Positions 21,996 to 32,545 of a stretch of DNA of 64,000 nt are shown piece after piece. Position 1 is the first letter of the stretch. Each line of letters opens with the position of its first letter. The stretch is from Polyangiaceae bacterium (GTDB taxonomy: Bacteria; Myxococcota_A; Polyangia; Polyangiales; Polyangiaceae), in contig JBILLK010000003.1 in NCBI GenBank assembly GCA_044376115.1, positions 288,001-352,000 on the forward strand. The letters run 5' to 3'. The notes below the pieces were generated by a model. The model worked only from the letters and a program-made list of their open reading frames with translations, was not told the DNA's origin and ran no database searches. The translations under genes were made by a program, and so were the position numbers.

Positions 21996-24619
21996 CGTAG
22001 GACGGCTCCCCAGAGTTCAAAATCGCTGTCGACGGCCTGCAAAAACACCACGGTGGTGTAGCTACCAACGACGGTGAGGAGCGCCTGACCAAAGTTACCG
22101 GCCGGAGGCGAAAGAGCGATCGGGTCGCCGATGGGTTCCATGTTGCTGGAGTAAGTCTGAGCGCGAATCGCGCTGGCTTCAAACGGTCCCTCGGTCCACA
22201 TCAAGAGCCAACGACCATCCGCGAGACCGACGATGTCGGGGGCGATGGCGTTTCCACCGGGGCCGCCCTCGGGCAACGCTAGCTCGGTGGCTTTGGTCGG
22301 CAGCGCATCCAGCTTGCTGCGCGCGAGCATCAACTTCCAGGGCGTCTCGTCCTTGTCGTCGGCCTTCTCTACGAACACCACGGCGAGCTCTTGCCCGTTG
22401 CTTGCGACGCGCGGCTTGCCTGCTTGTGCGCCCTCCGGATGCTCGATCATGGCGAGCTCGCCAGCCGCAGCGCCGTCTGCGCCGATGAAGCCTGTGGTTA
22501 CCTGGTTCTTGCGTCGGAAGGCGACCAGCGTGCGATCGCCGATGGCGACGGCCTGCTCGGCTGCGACCGTTCCCTCACCGCTGAGGTCCCAGATCTTTTT
22601 GTCGAAGGTGCCGGGCTCGCTCCCGCTCGAGATGTCGGTCGCGCCAAACGCGAGGAAGTAGGGCATGGCTCCGGGCACCGGTACGACCGAGCGCTCCCCC
22701 TTCTCGGAGACCAAGAAATTCGGCTCTGCGCCGCTGGGAATCATGGGCGAAACACGCCCGATCGTTTGCTCGAGCGACTTCTCGAAGATCGTCTCGGCTT
22801 TGCCGGTCTTCGGATCGACGCGCAGGCCCATGGCCTTCTTGTCGTCTACGGCGAAGCCAAGCTCCATCGTGGTCTCGGTGGTGCGACGATCGAAGGCAAC
22901 CGTCTTGTCGGCCTTGGCCGCCCAACGCGAAGGTTGGCGGGTCACCCAACAGGCCTTGGGTTCCGCAGCGACGGTGGCGGCCGTTGCTACTTCGGGCGGT
23001 GTGATGCGTAGAAATTCGGTCTCGATCGCAGGCCGAGTCGCAGGGCTCTCCGACGAGGATTTGAGGCCTGAAACGCGACCAACGACGAAGAAGATCACCA
23101 GGCCGATCACCCAGGCCGCACTGACCGCGAGGATCGAGCGCACCGGAATCTCGAGACCTTTCGTGCGACGGACCGGCGCCGGTTCGTCGAGGGATTGTGA
23201 ACTTCCTGAAGGCTCGGGCGCGGAGTCGGTTGGCCCCGGATCGACGCTGTCACTACCGCGCGGACGCAGCGACTCGGGCGGGGCCGGGTCTTTCTGCGAA
23301 GCCACGCTGTGGTCCTCGATCGCCATTTCCAGCGTTCGATGCGCCCGCTTCTTTTTCTGCAAGGGGGGCAACTCCTCGGCTCGAACTTCGGCTTGAATCT
23401 TGAGTGGTTGAGTTTGGTCGGGCGGGGCCTCGTCCAACGCTTCTGCCGTTACGCGCGGTAGAACCTCGGTCATGCTCGGCTGGAGCGGCTTCAGTTCGGA
23501 AGGCTGTGCAGCCTCCGGTTGGCCCGCCGGTGCTGTGCCTTCCATCAAGGTCGTCGCGGCGCGTGCGTGCGGCGCGTGCGGCCGTTCAGCAACCTGCGGC
23601 GCGGGTTCGGGCGCGCTCGGTTGCAGCGGACTTCCAGGGTCCGGTACCGTTCCAAGTTGGAGGGTGCTTGTGGTGGGCGCGTCATTGGCGCTGGGCGCCT
23701 GATTGGGGCCGGGCTGCGGCCGATCGGTGAGGCGACCCCGCGGGGGCGGCGGCGGCTTGCCGCGTTCGCGCGGTACCTCCTTCGATTTGGGCTGAGGCCG
23801 GGCGGCGGCGCTGCGATCCCGTGGTAGCTCCATCTCCAAGGTCTGCATCAGCCGCTTTGGACCGGCTGGTGCGGGAGGCGGTTGGCTCGCTTTGGGCGGC
23901 GGTGGCTTGGAGCGGCCGGCCTGGTTCAAGCCTTGCGCGGCGGCTTCGCTCGAACGTGCCGGGGGCCGAAGCGGTGGCTTCAGCACGGGCGCTCCTGGCC
24001 TCACCGAGCCGGACTTATTGCCGAAGCCGAGCAACGTGGTTCGTTGCTCGACGGCGTTGCTTGTCTCGGCAGGAACCTCGGGCAACGCGACGGGAGTGAG
24101 CTGACGAACCTCTTTCAGGTTCTTCGGTAGGCCAGGCGCTTTGGGGATCAGATCCGTCTGGTCCTCCCAGCCGTCCATCTCGGTGAGGGCGGGAAGGTCA
24201 CTCGCTGAAGGCCGCGGATCGGGCTCGGTGGGCGGCCTATTCAACCCGAGGCTTGCGAGCAACTCCGGTGGTTCCAGCCCGGTCAGCGTTTTCTGCGCTC
24301 CACGTTGGCTCTTGCGCGGGAGCGGCGGCGGCACCGATCGCTTTTGGGAGGACGCGCTCGGCGCCTTGGAGGCTGGTCGCGCGGGCGGCACGGATTTACC
24401 GAGGCTCGAGGGTGGACGAGGCGCGGCTCGGGCCGCAGCGATGGTGGCTCCCGAGAGCTCCGGTAGCTTGAAGGCAGGCTGAAACTCAGCCATTCCTTCG
24501 CGCCAAACCAAAGTCGTCGACGCAAGCCGTCCCGACTTGAGCGCATCACGCAACTCAGCCGTGGTTACAGAGCGCTCCACACCCTGATCGTCCGTCAACC
24601 GCCAGTCGGCTTCGCTCAA
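21986..24619 (-). CDS. GYF_2 (DUF4339)-domain membrane protein with long Pro-rich linker and periplasmic beta domain
   Basis: ELRDALKSGRLASTTLVWREGMAEF; TM AVSAAWVIGLVIFFVV; TTG 24619 after GGGAG is the likely start. Confidence 0.75.
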   Translation of the reverse strand: MSEADWRLTDDQGVERSVTTAELRDALKSGRLASTTLVWREGMAEFQPAFKLPELSGATIAAARAAPRPPSSLGKSVPPARPASKAPSASSQKRSVPPPLPRKSQRGAQKTLTGLEPPELLASLGLNRPPTEPDPRPSASDLPALTEMDGWEDQTDLIPKAPGLPKNLKEVRQLTPVALPEVPAETSNAVEQRTTLLGFGNKSGSVRPGAPVLKPPLRPPARSSEAAAQGLNQAGRSKPPPPKASQPPPAPAGPKRLMQTLEMELPRDRSAAARPQPKSKEVPRERGKPPPPPRGRLTDRPQPGPNQAPSANDAPTTSTLQLGTVPDPGSPLQPSAPEPAPQVAERPHAPHARAATTLMEGTAPAGQPEAAQPSELKPLQPSMTEVLPRVTAEALDEAPPDQTQPLKIQAEVRAEELPPLQKKKRAHRTLEMAIEDHSVASQKDPAPPESLRPRGSDSVDPGPTDSAPEPSGSSQSLDEPAPVRRTKGLEIPVRSILAVSAAWVIGLVIFFVVGRVSGLKSSSESPATRPAIETEFLRITPPEVATAATVAAEPKACWVTRQPSRWAAKADKTVAFDRRTTETTMELGFAVDDKKAMGLRVDPKTGKAETIFEKSLEQTIGRVSPMIPSGAEPNFLVSEKGERSVVPVPGAMPYFLAFGATDISSGSEPGTFDKKIWDLSGEGTVAAEQAVAIGDRTLVAFRRKNQVTTGFIGADGAAAGELAMIEHPEGAQAGKPRVASNGQELAVVFVEKADDKDETPWKLMLARSKLDALPTKATELALPEGGPGGNAIAPDIVGLADGRWLLMWTEGPFEASAIRAQTYSSNMEPIGDPIALSPPAGNFGQALLTVVGSYTTVVFLQAVDSDFELWGAVLRCT

Positions 24620-24726
24620 GCGGCCATCTCCCGCGCTCTTTCCAAGGCTAGGGGGCGATAGTACACGAAAGCGTCCTCCACAAAGCGTTGTACGCAACTG
24701 TGGCTCTCGGTGGCCGATACCGGGAT

Positions 24727-25392
24727 ATGAACGCGAAGTCGTTGCTCGCGAGGTTGCTGGAGACGGCGCTCTCGATCGTTGCGCCCCGGCGTTGTCCGGG
24801 ATGCGACGACGCAGGAACGGGGAGCTTCCGTCCCCCCGACATCATTGGCTTTTGCAGCGTCTGTTCGGCCCTGGTTCGGCCTGCCGAGCGCGGTCGATAC
24901 TGGGCTGCCGTACAGTTTGAAGGGCCGGTTCGGGACGCTGTGCACCGGGTGAAGTTCTCGCGCAGATCGGATCTGGGGCTACCGCTCGGTCAGCTCCTTG
25001 CGCGCGCGTGGCTCGCGAACCTGCCCGAGCGGCCTGACTTCGTCATGGCGGTGCCGCTTTCGTCGCGAAGACTCGCCGAGCGTGGGTTCAATCAGAGTTC
25101 GGCGCTGGCGCGCGCCGTCGCCCGCTCGCTAACGGTTCCCGCGCGCGCCGGCGTGCTCCGGCGTTGCCGAGATACGGTTGCCCAATCGAGCTTGGGGCGC
25201 GCTGAGCGTGCGGTAAACCTCGCTGGCTCTTTCCAGGTGGTCGTCCCACGACAGGTACGCGCGCGTTCCATTCTCGTGGTCGATGACGTGATCACCACGG
25301 GCGCTACCTTCGACGAGATCGTGAGCGCGCTTCAAACGAACGGGGCACGCAAGGTCGAATGCATCGCGCTCGCGCGGGCTGGCCGCGACTAA
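24727..25392 (+). CDS. comF: ComF family phosphoribosyltransferase-like protein
   Basis: CPGC..CSVC, VPLS..RGFNQS, VDDVITTGAT. Confidence 0.9.
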   Translation: MNAKSLLARLLETALSIVAPRRCPGCDDAGTGSFRPPDIIGFCSVCSALVRPAERGRYWAAVQFEGPVRDAVHRVKFSRRSDLGLPLGQLLARAWLANLPERPDFVMAVPLSSRRLAERGFNQSSALARAVARSLTVPARAGVLRRCRDTVAQSSLGRAERAVNLAGSFQVVVPRQVRARSILVVDDVITTGATFDEIVSALQTNGARKVECIALARAGRD

Positions 25393-28300
25393 CGCGAAGC
25401 CGCTCGCGCCGCTGTGCGAAGGATGGCGTCGCTCAGCTCCGCTAGCCCGTACGGCTTCTGCATGATCTCGCGAATTCCGAGCCCTCGAGCGGCCTCACGT
25501 TCGCCTTCGTTCAGTTCCGCGGTCACGAGCAGAATCGGCAGCTCGGGGCGGAGCTCGAGCATCGAGCGGGCCAGCGCGAGCCCTTGCATATCGTGCAACC
25601 CTGTGTCGGCGACCAACACGTCAAAGTCGAACGGGTCGCTTGCAAAGGCAACCAAGGCCTCTTTGGCGTCGTGGTGTCCGGAGACCGAGTAGCCAAGCTT
25701 CCCGAAGAACCGCGAGGCAGCACGCACCAGCGCCGGCTCTCCGTCCACCACCAGGATGCGCTGACCAGGACTAACTTGCGCCAGCGGTCGCGATGGACTC
25801 ACCGCGTCGGTCAAGCCCTCCACCGTGGGGAGCAACAAGGTGAAGGAAGCTCCTTCGCCAGGCAGACTTTCTACCGTCACGTTGCCGTCGTGATCACGCA
25901 TGATGCCGTGCACCATCGCTAGCCCGAGCCCAGTTCCCTTGCCAGCTGGCTTGGTGGTGAAGAACGGCTCGAAGATGCGCTGGAGCGTGCGTTGGTCGAT
26001 GCCCGAGCCGGTGTCGCTTACGACGATCCGTGCATAGCGTCCCGGTCGCAATTGATCGGGGTTCTCGCTGGCGACCACCGAGACCTGATCTTGGATGATG
26101 GTGATTCGGCCCGGTTGGCCGTTGAGCGCGTGCCAGGCGTTGGTTCCGAGGTTCATCAACACCTGTTGCAGCTGATTGACGTCTGCGAACACCTTCGGCG
26201 AGCTTGGCTCGAGCGTGATGGAGAGTTCAGCGCCTGCTGGTAGCAGGGTGCGCAGCAGCGCGACGGCTTGCTCCAACGGGCGGTGCAACGGGATCAACGC
26301 TTTTTGCGTCTCCTCCTGGCGACTAAAGGCGAGGATGCGCCGCACCAATTGGGTTGCGTGGTCCGTTGCGAACCCGATCTCATCGAGGAAGTCGTCGGCC
26401 TTTGCGTTGGCCTGAAGGGAATCCCGAGCCAACTCGAGGTTCACGACGATGGTGGCGAGCACATTGTTGAAGTCGTGCGCGATGCCACCCGCCAGGGTGC
26501 CCATCGCCTCCATCTTTTGCGACTGCAACAGCTGCGCTTCGAGCAGGCGTCGACGCTCCTCGGCCTGTAGGCTGTCGGTCAGGTCACGGATCGTCGTGAC
26601 GACCCAATTGCCCTCCTGAACGAGCATCGGCCTGAATCGTACTTCGGCCGGAAATGGGCTGCCGTCGAAGCGGCGCGCATCCGAGCGCATGCGCTTGGAG
26701 GTGGTTCCCGAGGAGCGCTCGCGGAAGCGCAACGCCGGTTCAACGGGCAGGGCCTTCGGCGGTAACAGCTTGTCCAGGCTGGTCCCCAGCAGTTGCTCGC
26801 GCGTGCAACCGAACAGTCGACAGCTCTGCCGGTTGGCCATGCGGATCTGGTTGGTCTCGTCCACCATCAACGTTGCATCGGGTGAGTGTTCGAAGAAGTC
26901 CTCGAACCGCGCGTGGCCGCGACGACGCCCAAGCTCAGCGCCGACGGGCACCGCAAACAGGCGGAGCAATGCGGCTGTTCGCTCTGGATGTCGAAGTTGC
27001 TGTGAGCTCATCACCGCGAGCACCCCCATCGGTTGGTGCTGGGCGTCGTACAGTGCGACGCCGGCGCAGCCCTCCACCTCGAGCCGCGTCAGCAGGTCAC
27101 ACGTCGGAAAACGAACGCGGGATCCCTCCGGGACAATGGCTTCACCGCTTTTCAGGATCTCTTCGCACACGGTGCCCGCGAGTTCAAAATCGGGAGGCAG
27201 ATCATGGCTGCCGCGGCGAATGAAACCGCGCGGCCTGATCGACGAGCCCCCGCTGCCGTAGAGCAAGCCGAGCATCACGGTCTCAGCGCCCAACAGCGAA
27301 GCAAGCTCAGCGACGACGCCAGAAAAGAAATCCGCGTTGCTCAGGCCAGTGAGGTTGTTCGATAGGAAGTGAAGGGCGCGCTCGTTCAAGCGGCGGTCGG
27401 TGATGTCGCGGAACAGCACCTGTTTGCCGATTCGTTCGCGACCCTGGACCACCGTGGTGATGGTTGCTTCCAGCGCGAGCTGTGAGCCGTCTGCGCGCAG
27501 AAATTCGTAAGCGATTCGTTGCTCGAGCTCACCATCATTGCTCGCGATTTGCTCGAAGAACCCGCTGGGCAAAAGCGGCCCGAGCACGCTCCGATCCGGA
27601 CGACCAAAGGGCAGACCAAACAGCGCGAAGAACTGCTTGTTCGCGTAAACGAGCGCTCCGAGTGCATCAAAGACCACCAGCGCGTCACCGATGTGGCTCA
27701 CCACCCGCTCGAAGTGATCGCGCAGCCGCGTCAGCTCCAGCTCGCTCCGTTTGCGATCGGACACGTCCTGCAACGCGCCGGTGAAGAGCAATGGCTTGCC
27801 CTCCTCATCGCGAGTGACCTCGGCAGAAATGGCAAGGTGAACGACCTCCCCGTCGGGGCGAACGATGCGAAACTCACCGTTGGTCTTTGCGCTGCCGTTT
27901 ACGGCCTGCTCGCGTCGCTCGATCGCCCAACGATCATCGGGATGTACCAGTCGGTCGAAGGCGGCGGTGTGCTCGGTGGGCTGGAGGTCCTCCTTCTTCA
28001 AACCGTAGATGCGGTAGAGTTCGTCGGACCACCAAGAGGCTTTGGTACGCAGGTTGAGCTCAAAGCTGCCGACGCGTGCCAGGCGCTGAGCGCGTTGCAG
28101 GATCCCCTCGCTGCGCCGAATGGCTTCTTGCGCCTGCCTCGCGTCGGTTACGTCGACCACCGACACCACGATCAGCTCGACCTGGCCGTTTGCGTCGTGG
28201 AGCGGGACCGCGTCGAGCAAGGCCCAGCGCCGTTCTCCATCCGCACGCTCGAAGTGAGACTCAATGCGGCGCTCCGGCTCATTCGTCGAGAGCACCCGCC

Positions 28301-28940
28301 TCAGCGTGCGCTCCGCCTCGGGCAGCGGGCTACCATCCGCTTGCAAGGGCTTGATGAAGTCGCGGATGCGACGCCCAGCCATGTGCGCGGCAGCCGCGCC
28401 GTAGATCCCGGCCGCCACTTCATTGCATTCGACTACGAGCCCTTGCGGATCGAGGACGAGCACGCCGCAACCGAGCGCACCGTACACACGGCGAATCCAC
28501 GTGTCCGCTTCGGCGCGAGCCCGAAAGCGATGCCGAGACTCGCGCAGATTCTTAAGCAGCAGCAGGTTTCGAACGGTTTCGGCGAGCTCGAGCTCGTCGA
28601 CAATTGCGTCAACACCGACGAGCAAAGCGGCTCGCCGCAGTTCCTGGTGACCGATGGGGATCACGAGGAGCACCGGCAGCGAAGGGAAGCGTTCGCGCAA
28701 CTCGCCGCAGAAGCTCACGCCCTCAGGCTCGCACCCGGCCCACTCCACAATGGCCAAAGTGCACCCTTGTAAGGTGATGACCTCGCAGGCCTCCGCCACC
28801 GTTTTCGCCGCGAAGGTCAGATGCTGAAGCTTTTGCAGACTCGCGGCGAAGCGCTCGACTTCGCGCGCAACCACCACGAGCTTCTCGACCTGCTCGAGCG
28901 AGTCCCTTGCTTGTGGCGGCGTGGGGGTTGGGGGCGTCAT
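25389..28940 (-). CDS. Hybrid sensor histidine kinase (degenerate REC, multiple PAS, GAF, HisKA, HATPase, REC)
   Basis: [40 protein letters not shown] repeats. Confidence 0.93.
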   Translation of the reverse strand: MTPPTPTPPQARDSLEQVEKLVVVAREVERFAASLQKLQHLTFAAKTVAEACEVITLQGCTLAIVEWAGCEPEGVSFCGELRERFPSLPVLLVIPIGHQELRRAALLVGVDAIVDELELAETVRNLLLLKNLRESRHRFRARAEADTWIRRVYGALGCGVLVLDPQGLVVECNEVAAGIYGAAAAHMAGRRIRDFIKPLQADGSPLPEAERTLRRVLSTNEPERRIESHFERADGERRWALLDAVPLHDANGQVELIVVSVVDVTDARQAQEAIRRSEGILQRAQRLARVGSFELNLRTKASWWSDELYRIYGLKKEDLQPTEHTAAFDRLVHPDDRWAIERREQAVNGSAKTNGEFRIVRPDGEVVHLAISAEVTRDEEGKPLLFTGALQDVSDRKRSELELTRLRDHFERVVSHIGDALVVFDALGALVYANKQFFALFGLPFGRPDRSVLGPLLPSGFFEQIASNDGELEQRIAYEFLRADGSQLALEATITTVVQGRERIGKQVLFRDITDRRLNERALHFLSNNLTGLSNADFFSGVVAELASLLGAETVMLGLLYGSGGSSIRPRGFIRRGSHDLPPDFELAGTVCEEILKSGEAIVPEGSRVRFPTCDLLTRLEVEGCAGVALYDAQHQPMGVLAVMSSQQLRHPERTAALLRLFAVPVGAELGRRRGHARFEDFFEHSPDATLMVDETNQIRMANRQSCRLFGCTREQLLGTSLDKLLPPKALPVEPALRFRERSSGTTSKRMRSDARRFDGSPFPAEVRFRPMLVQEGNWVVTTIRDLTDSLQAEERRRLLEAQLLQSQKMEAMGTLAGGIAHDFNNVLATIVVNLELARDSLQANAKADDFLDEIGFATDHATQLVRRILAFSRQEETQKALIPLHRPLEQAVALLRTLLPAGAELSITLEPSSPKVFADVNQLQQVLMNLGTNAWHALNGQPGRITIIQDQVSVVASENPDQLRPGRYARIVVSDTGSGIDQRTLQRIFEPFFTTKPAGKGTGLGLAMVHGIMRDHDGNVTVESLPGEGASFTLLLPTVEGLTDAVSPSRPLAQVSPGQRILVVDGEPALVRAASRFFGKLGYSVSGHHDAKEALVAFASDPFDFDVLVADTGLHDMQGLALARSMLELRPELPILLVTAELNEGEREAARGLGIREIMQKPYGLAELSDAILRTAARAASR

Positions 28941-29786
28941 CTAGCGCAGCAACACCGCGTGGTGCTCGAGGTGGTCTTCGACGAAGGTGGAGATGAAGAA
29001 GTAACTGTGATCGTAGCCTTCGTGCATGCGTAGTTCGAGCGATTGCCCGCTGGCCTCGCAAGCCGCGCGCAAAAGCTCTGGCTTTAGCTCACGCTGCAAG
29101 AACTTGTCGGCGGTGCCTTGGTCCACCAGCAGCTTGCTTGGATGCTTCTTCCCCGACGCGAGCAAGGCGCAGGCGTCATAACGTTGCCAATCCGCCTCGT
29201 TCTCGCCGAGGTAGCGAGAAAAGGCCTTTTGGCCCCACGGGACCTGGCTGGGCGCGACGATGGGCGCAAAGGCGCTCACGCTGGCGTAGTCCTCCGGCTG
29301 AGACAGACCGATTGTCAGCGCCCCGTGGCCGCCCATCGAGTGGCCAAAAATACCGCGGCGATCCTTGGCAACGGCAAAGCGAGCCTCGACCAGGTCGCGC
29401 AGCTCTCGCGTGACGTAGCTGCGCATCTTGTAGGTCTCCGACCAAGGTGCCGCCGTCGCGTCGAGATAGAAGCCTGCTCCCACGCCGAAGTCCCACGACT
29501 CGTCATCCCCTGGGTAGCGCACGCTGCGTGGGCTCGTGTCGAGGGTGACGATGCACAAGCCAAGCTCAGTCGCAGCTTTGTACGCGCCGGACTTGTGAAC
29601 GAAGGTCTCCTCAGTGCAGGTGAGGCCAGCCAGGTAGTAGAGGACCGGCGGTGTTTCCCGCTTGGCGGGTAGGAAAACCGAGAACCTCATCGGCGAGGAT
29701 AGCCGCGAACTTTGGTGTTCGTAAAAGCCCAGCGTGCCGCCGAACAGCTTGTGTTCTGCGCGAGTGACGAGGTCCTCGGCGCTCAT
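28941..29786 (-). CDS. fghA: S-formylglutathione hydrolase
   Basis: YLAGLTCTEE, GAGFYLDAT, GHSMGGHGAL, GYDHSYFF. Confidence 0.96.
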   Translation of the reverse strand: MSAEDLVTRAEHKLFGGTLGFYEHQSSRLSSPMRFSVFLPAKRETPPVLYYLAGLTCTEETFVHKSGAYKAATELGLCIVTLDTSPRSVRYPGDDESWDFGVGAGFYLDATAAPWSETYKMRSYVTRELRDLVEARFAVAKDRRGIFGHSMGGHGALTIGLSQPEDYASVSAFAPIVAPSQVPWGQKAFSRYLGENEADWQRYDACALLASGKKHPSKLLVDQGTADKFLQRELKPELLRAACEASGQSLELRMHEGYDHSYFFISTFVEDHLEHHAVLLR

Positions 29787-29787
29787 C

Positions 29788-30897
29788 TCAGAACTCCACG
29801 ACCGCGCGGATCGACTTGCCTTCGTGCATCAGATCGAAGGCCTCGTTGATGCGGTCGAGCGGGAGTTTGTGGGTGATCAACGTATCGATGTCGATCTTCT
29901 TCTCCATGTACCAGTCGACGATCTTGGGGACGTCGGTGCGCCCGCGAGCGCCGCCAAAGGCAGAGCCCTTCCAAACGCGCCCGGTGACCAGCTGGAACGG
30001 CCTCGTAGCGATCTCCTGGCCTGCGCCGGCGACGCCGATCACGACGCTCACGCCCCAGCCGCGGTGGCAGCACTCGAGCGCTTGGCGCATCAACTTGGTG
30101 CAACCGACGCACTCGAAGCTGTAATCGGCGCCGCCACCGGTGAGCTCGACCAAGTGGGCGACCAGGTCCCCCTTCACGTCGTTCGGGTTCACGAAGTGCG
30201 TCATGCCGAACTGCCTCGCGATCGCCTCGCGCGCCGGGTTGATGTCCACGCCGATGATCTTGTCGGCGCCGACGATGCGGGCGCCTTGGATCACGTTGAG
30301 GCCGATCCCGCCGAGGCCGAACACCACCACGTTGGCGCCGGCTTCAACCTTCGCGGTGAAGAGCACTGCGCCGACGCCAGTGGTGACGCCGCAGCCGACG
30401 TAACAAATTTTATCCAGCGGTGCGTCTTCACGAACCTTGGCCAGCGCGATCTCCGGCAGCACGGTGAAGTTCGAGAAGGTCGAACAGCCCATGTAGTGAT
30501 GGATCTTGGTCTTGCCGATCGAGAAGCGGCTGGTGCCGTCCGGCATCATCCCTTTGCCCTGCGTCGCGCGAATCGCGGTGCACAGGTTGGTCTTTCGGCT
30601 GAGGCAGGATTTGCAGCCGCGGCATTCGGGCGTGTAAAGCGGGATGACGTGATCCCCCTTCTTGAGCGAGGTCACGCCAACGCCGACATCGACCACGATT
30701 CCAGCCCCTTCATGGCCGAAAATGGCGGGGAAGAGGCCCTCAGGGTCCGCGCCACTGCGGGTGAATTCGTCGGTGTGACAGACGCCGGTGGCCTTCAGCT
30801 CGACCAGGACCTCCCCAGCCTTGGGACCCTCCAGGTCCACCTCCTCGATCACAAGCGGTTTTCCGGCCTCGTAGGCAACTGCTGCGCGGGCTTTCAT
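29788..30897 (-). CDS. frmA: S-(hydroxymethyl)glutathione dehydrogenase / class III ADH
   Basis: GVCHTD, GHEGAG, LYTPECRGCKSC..NLC, TRPFQLVTGRVWKGSAFGG. Confidence 0.97.
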   Translation of the reverse strand: MKARAAVAYEAGKPLVIEEVDLEGPKAGEVLVELKATGVCHTDEFTRSGADPEGLFPAIFGHEGAGIVVDVGVGVTSLKKGDHVIPLYTPECRGCKSCLSRKTNLCTAIRATQGKGMMPDGTSRFSIGKTKIHHYMGCSTFSNFTVLPEIALAKVREDAPLDKICYVGCGVTTGVGAVLFTAKVEAGANVVVFGLGGIGLNVIQGARIVGADKIIGVDINPAREAIARQFGMTHFVNPNDVKGDLVAHLVELTGGGADYSFECVGCTKLMRQALECCHRGWGVSVVIGVAGAGQEIATRPFQLVTGRVWKGSAFGGARGRTDVPKIVDWYMEKKIDIDTLITHKLPLDRINEAFDLMHEGKSIRAVVEF

Positions 30898-30989
30898 AGG
30901 CTGTACCTCGCGCCACCCTTAGCAGAGAACGGGGGTTCGAATCACGCGGGGTCTTGCAACAGAAGAGGTCCTCGGGAATAACGCTGCGG

Positions 30990-31274
30990 ATGCAGAAGAC
31001 AGTCATCCTGTCGGCGGAGACGCTTCGCAACTTGATTGAGGCGCACGCTTCGATGGCTGCTTGGTATTACGAGCTTTGGCGCGCCCACCGCGAAGGTGGT
31101 CCGGTGCTGCATCCAGACGAGGCGCGGCGAGCGGCCTTCGTGAAGAATGTCGCGCGGGAATTTCCCGAGCTAGCGGCAATTGCCGCCTCGGTCGACAAGC
31201 CGCGTCTTTACGTTCCGCAACCCGTCGTTGAACTACCAAAAGTGGTCCCCGCAAGCGGCGGGGCCGAAGACTGA
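30990..31274 (+). CDS. Hypothetical protein
   Basis: 94-aa ORF from ATG 30990 filling the gap before kbl. Confidence 0.55.
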   Translation: MQKTVILSAETLRNLIEAHASMAAWYYELWRAHREGGPVLHPDEARRAAFVKNVAREFPELAAIAASVDKPRLYVPQPVVELPKVVPASGGAED

Positions 31275-31298
31275 GCCTGCACACAGCAGAGGAGCATC

Positions 31299-32507
31299 AT
31301 GTTCGAGAACCAGCGCAGTCACTATCAAGCGATCTTGCAGGAAATCCGTGAGGCCGGGCTGGAGAAGCTCGAGCGAGTGATTCTCTCGCCGCAGGGAGCC
31401 GAGATCGAGAGCCGCGAAGCCGGGGCTGAGAGCGGCTCGTCGAGCGTGCTCAACTTTTGCGCCAACAACTACCTTGGGCTTTCCTCCCACCCCACGCTGA
31501 TTGCCGCCGCTAAGCAGGCGATCGACACGCACGGCTTCGGGCTGAGTTCGGTGCGCTTCATCTGCGGTACGCAGGACCTGCACAAGTCGCTCGAGTCGAC
31601 GGTCAGCAAGTTCTTCGGCTTCGACGACACGATCCTCTATTCATCCTGCTTCGACGCCAACGCAGGTCTGTTCGAGACGATGCTCGGTGAAGAAGACGCC
31701 ATCATTTCGGATGCGCTCAACCACGCCTCGATCATCGACGGCATCCGGCTTTGCAAAGCCGAGCGTCATCGTTACCCGAACGGGGACATGAACGCGCTCG
31801 AGGACGCGCTGAAGAAGACGGCCGGCAAGCGGTTGCGGCTGATCGCGACCGACGGCGTGTTCTCGATGGACGGCTACTTGGCCAAGCTCAAGGAGATCGT
31901 CGCGTTGGCGCGCCAATACGACGCGATGGTGATGGTGGACGAGTCCCACGCCACGGGCTTCATCGGCCCGACCGGCCGCGGCACCCCTGAGGAGATGGGC
32001 GTACTTTCACAGATCGACGTGATCACCTCCACGCTGGGCAAAGCCCTTGGCGGTGCGAGCGGCGGCTTCACCACCGGCCGCAAGGAGATCATCGCGCTCC
32101 TGCGACAACGCTCACGGCCCTACCTCTTCTCCAACACCGTCGCTCCTGCCATCGCCGGTGCAAGTCTCGCGGCCTTCGAGCTGATCACCAAGGAGTCGGC
32201 GCTGCGCGAGAAGGTCATGGCCAACGCCAAGCAATTCCGTGAAGGGATGACCGCGCTCGGCTTCACGATCAAGCCGGGCATCCATCCGATCGCGCCGATC
32301 ATGCTGGGCGACGCGAAGCTCGCGCAGGAGATGGCTCGCAAGATGTTCGCACGCGGTATCTACGTCATTGGCTTCTCGTACCCGGTGGTGCCGAAGGGCG
32401 AGGCGCGAATCCGTGTGCAACTCTCGGCGGCTCATTCGAGCGAGCAAGTCGCCCGCGCGATGGAGACCTTCGCGTTGGTCGGTCGCGAGCTCGGCGTCAT
32501 TTCCTGA
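31299..32507 (+). CDS. kbl: Glycine C-acetyltransferase (2-amino-3-ketobutyrate CoA ligase)
   Basis: [66 protein letters not shown]. Confidence 0.96.
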   Translation: MFENQRSHYQAILQEIREAGLEKLERVILSPQGAEIESREAGAESGSSSVLNFCANNYLGLSSHPTLIAAAKQAIDTHGFGLSSVRFICGTQDLHKSLESTVSKFFGFDDTILYSSCFDANAGLFETMLGEEDAIISDALNHASIIDGIRLCKAERHRYPNGDMNALEDALKKTAGKRLRLIATDGVFSMDGYLAKLKEIVALARQYDAMVMVDESHATGFIGPTGRGTPEEMGVLSQIDVITSTLGKALGGASGGFTTGRKEIIALLRQRSRPYLFSNTVAPAIAGASLAAFELITKESALREKVMANAKQFREGMTALGFTIKPGIHPIAPIMLGDAKLAQEMARKMFARGIYVIGFSYPVVPKGEARIRVQLSAAHSSEQVARAMETFALVGRELGVIS

Positions 32508-32545
32508 GCCGGTTCCGAGTCATTGGCTGACGGCGCCGCCCGTGC

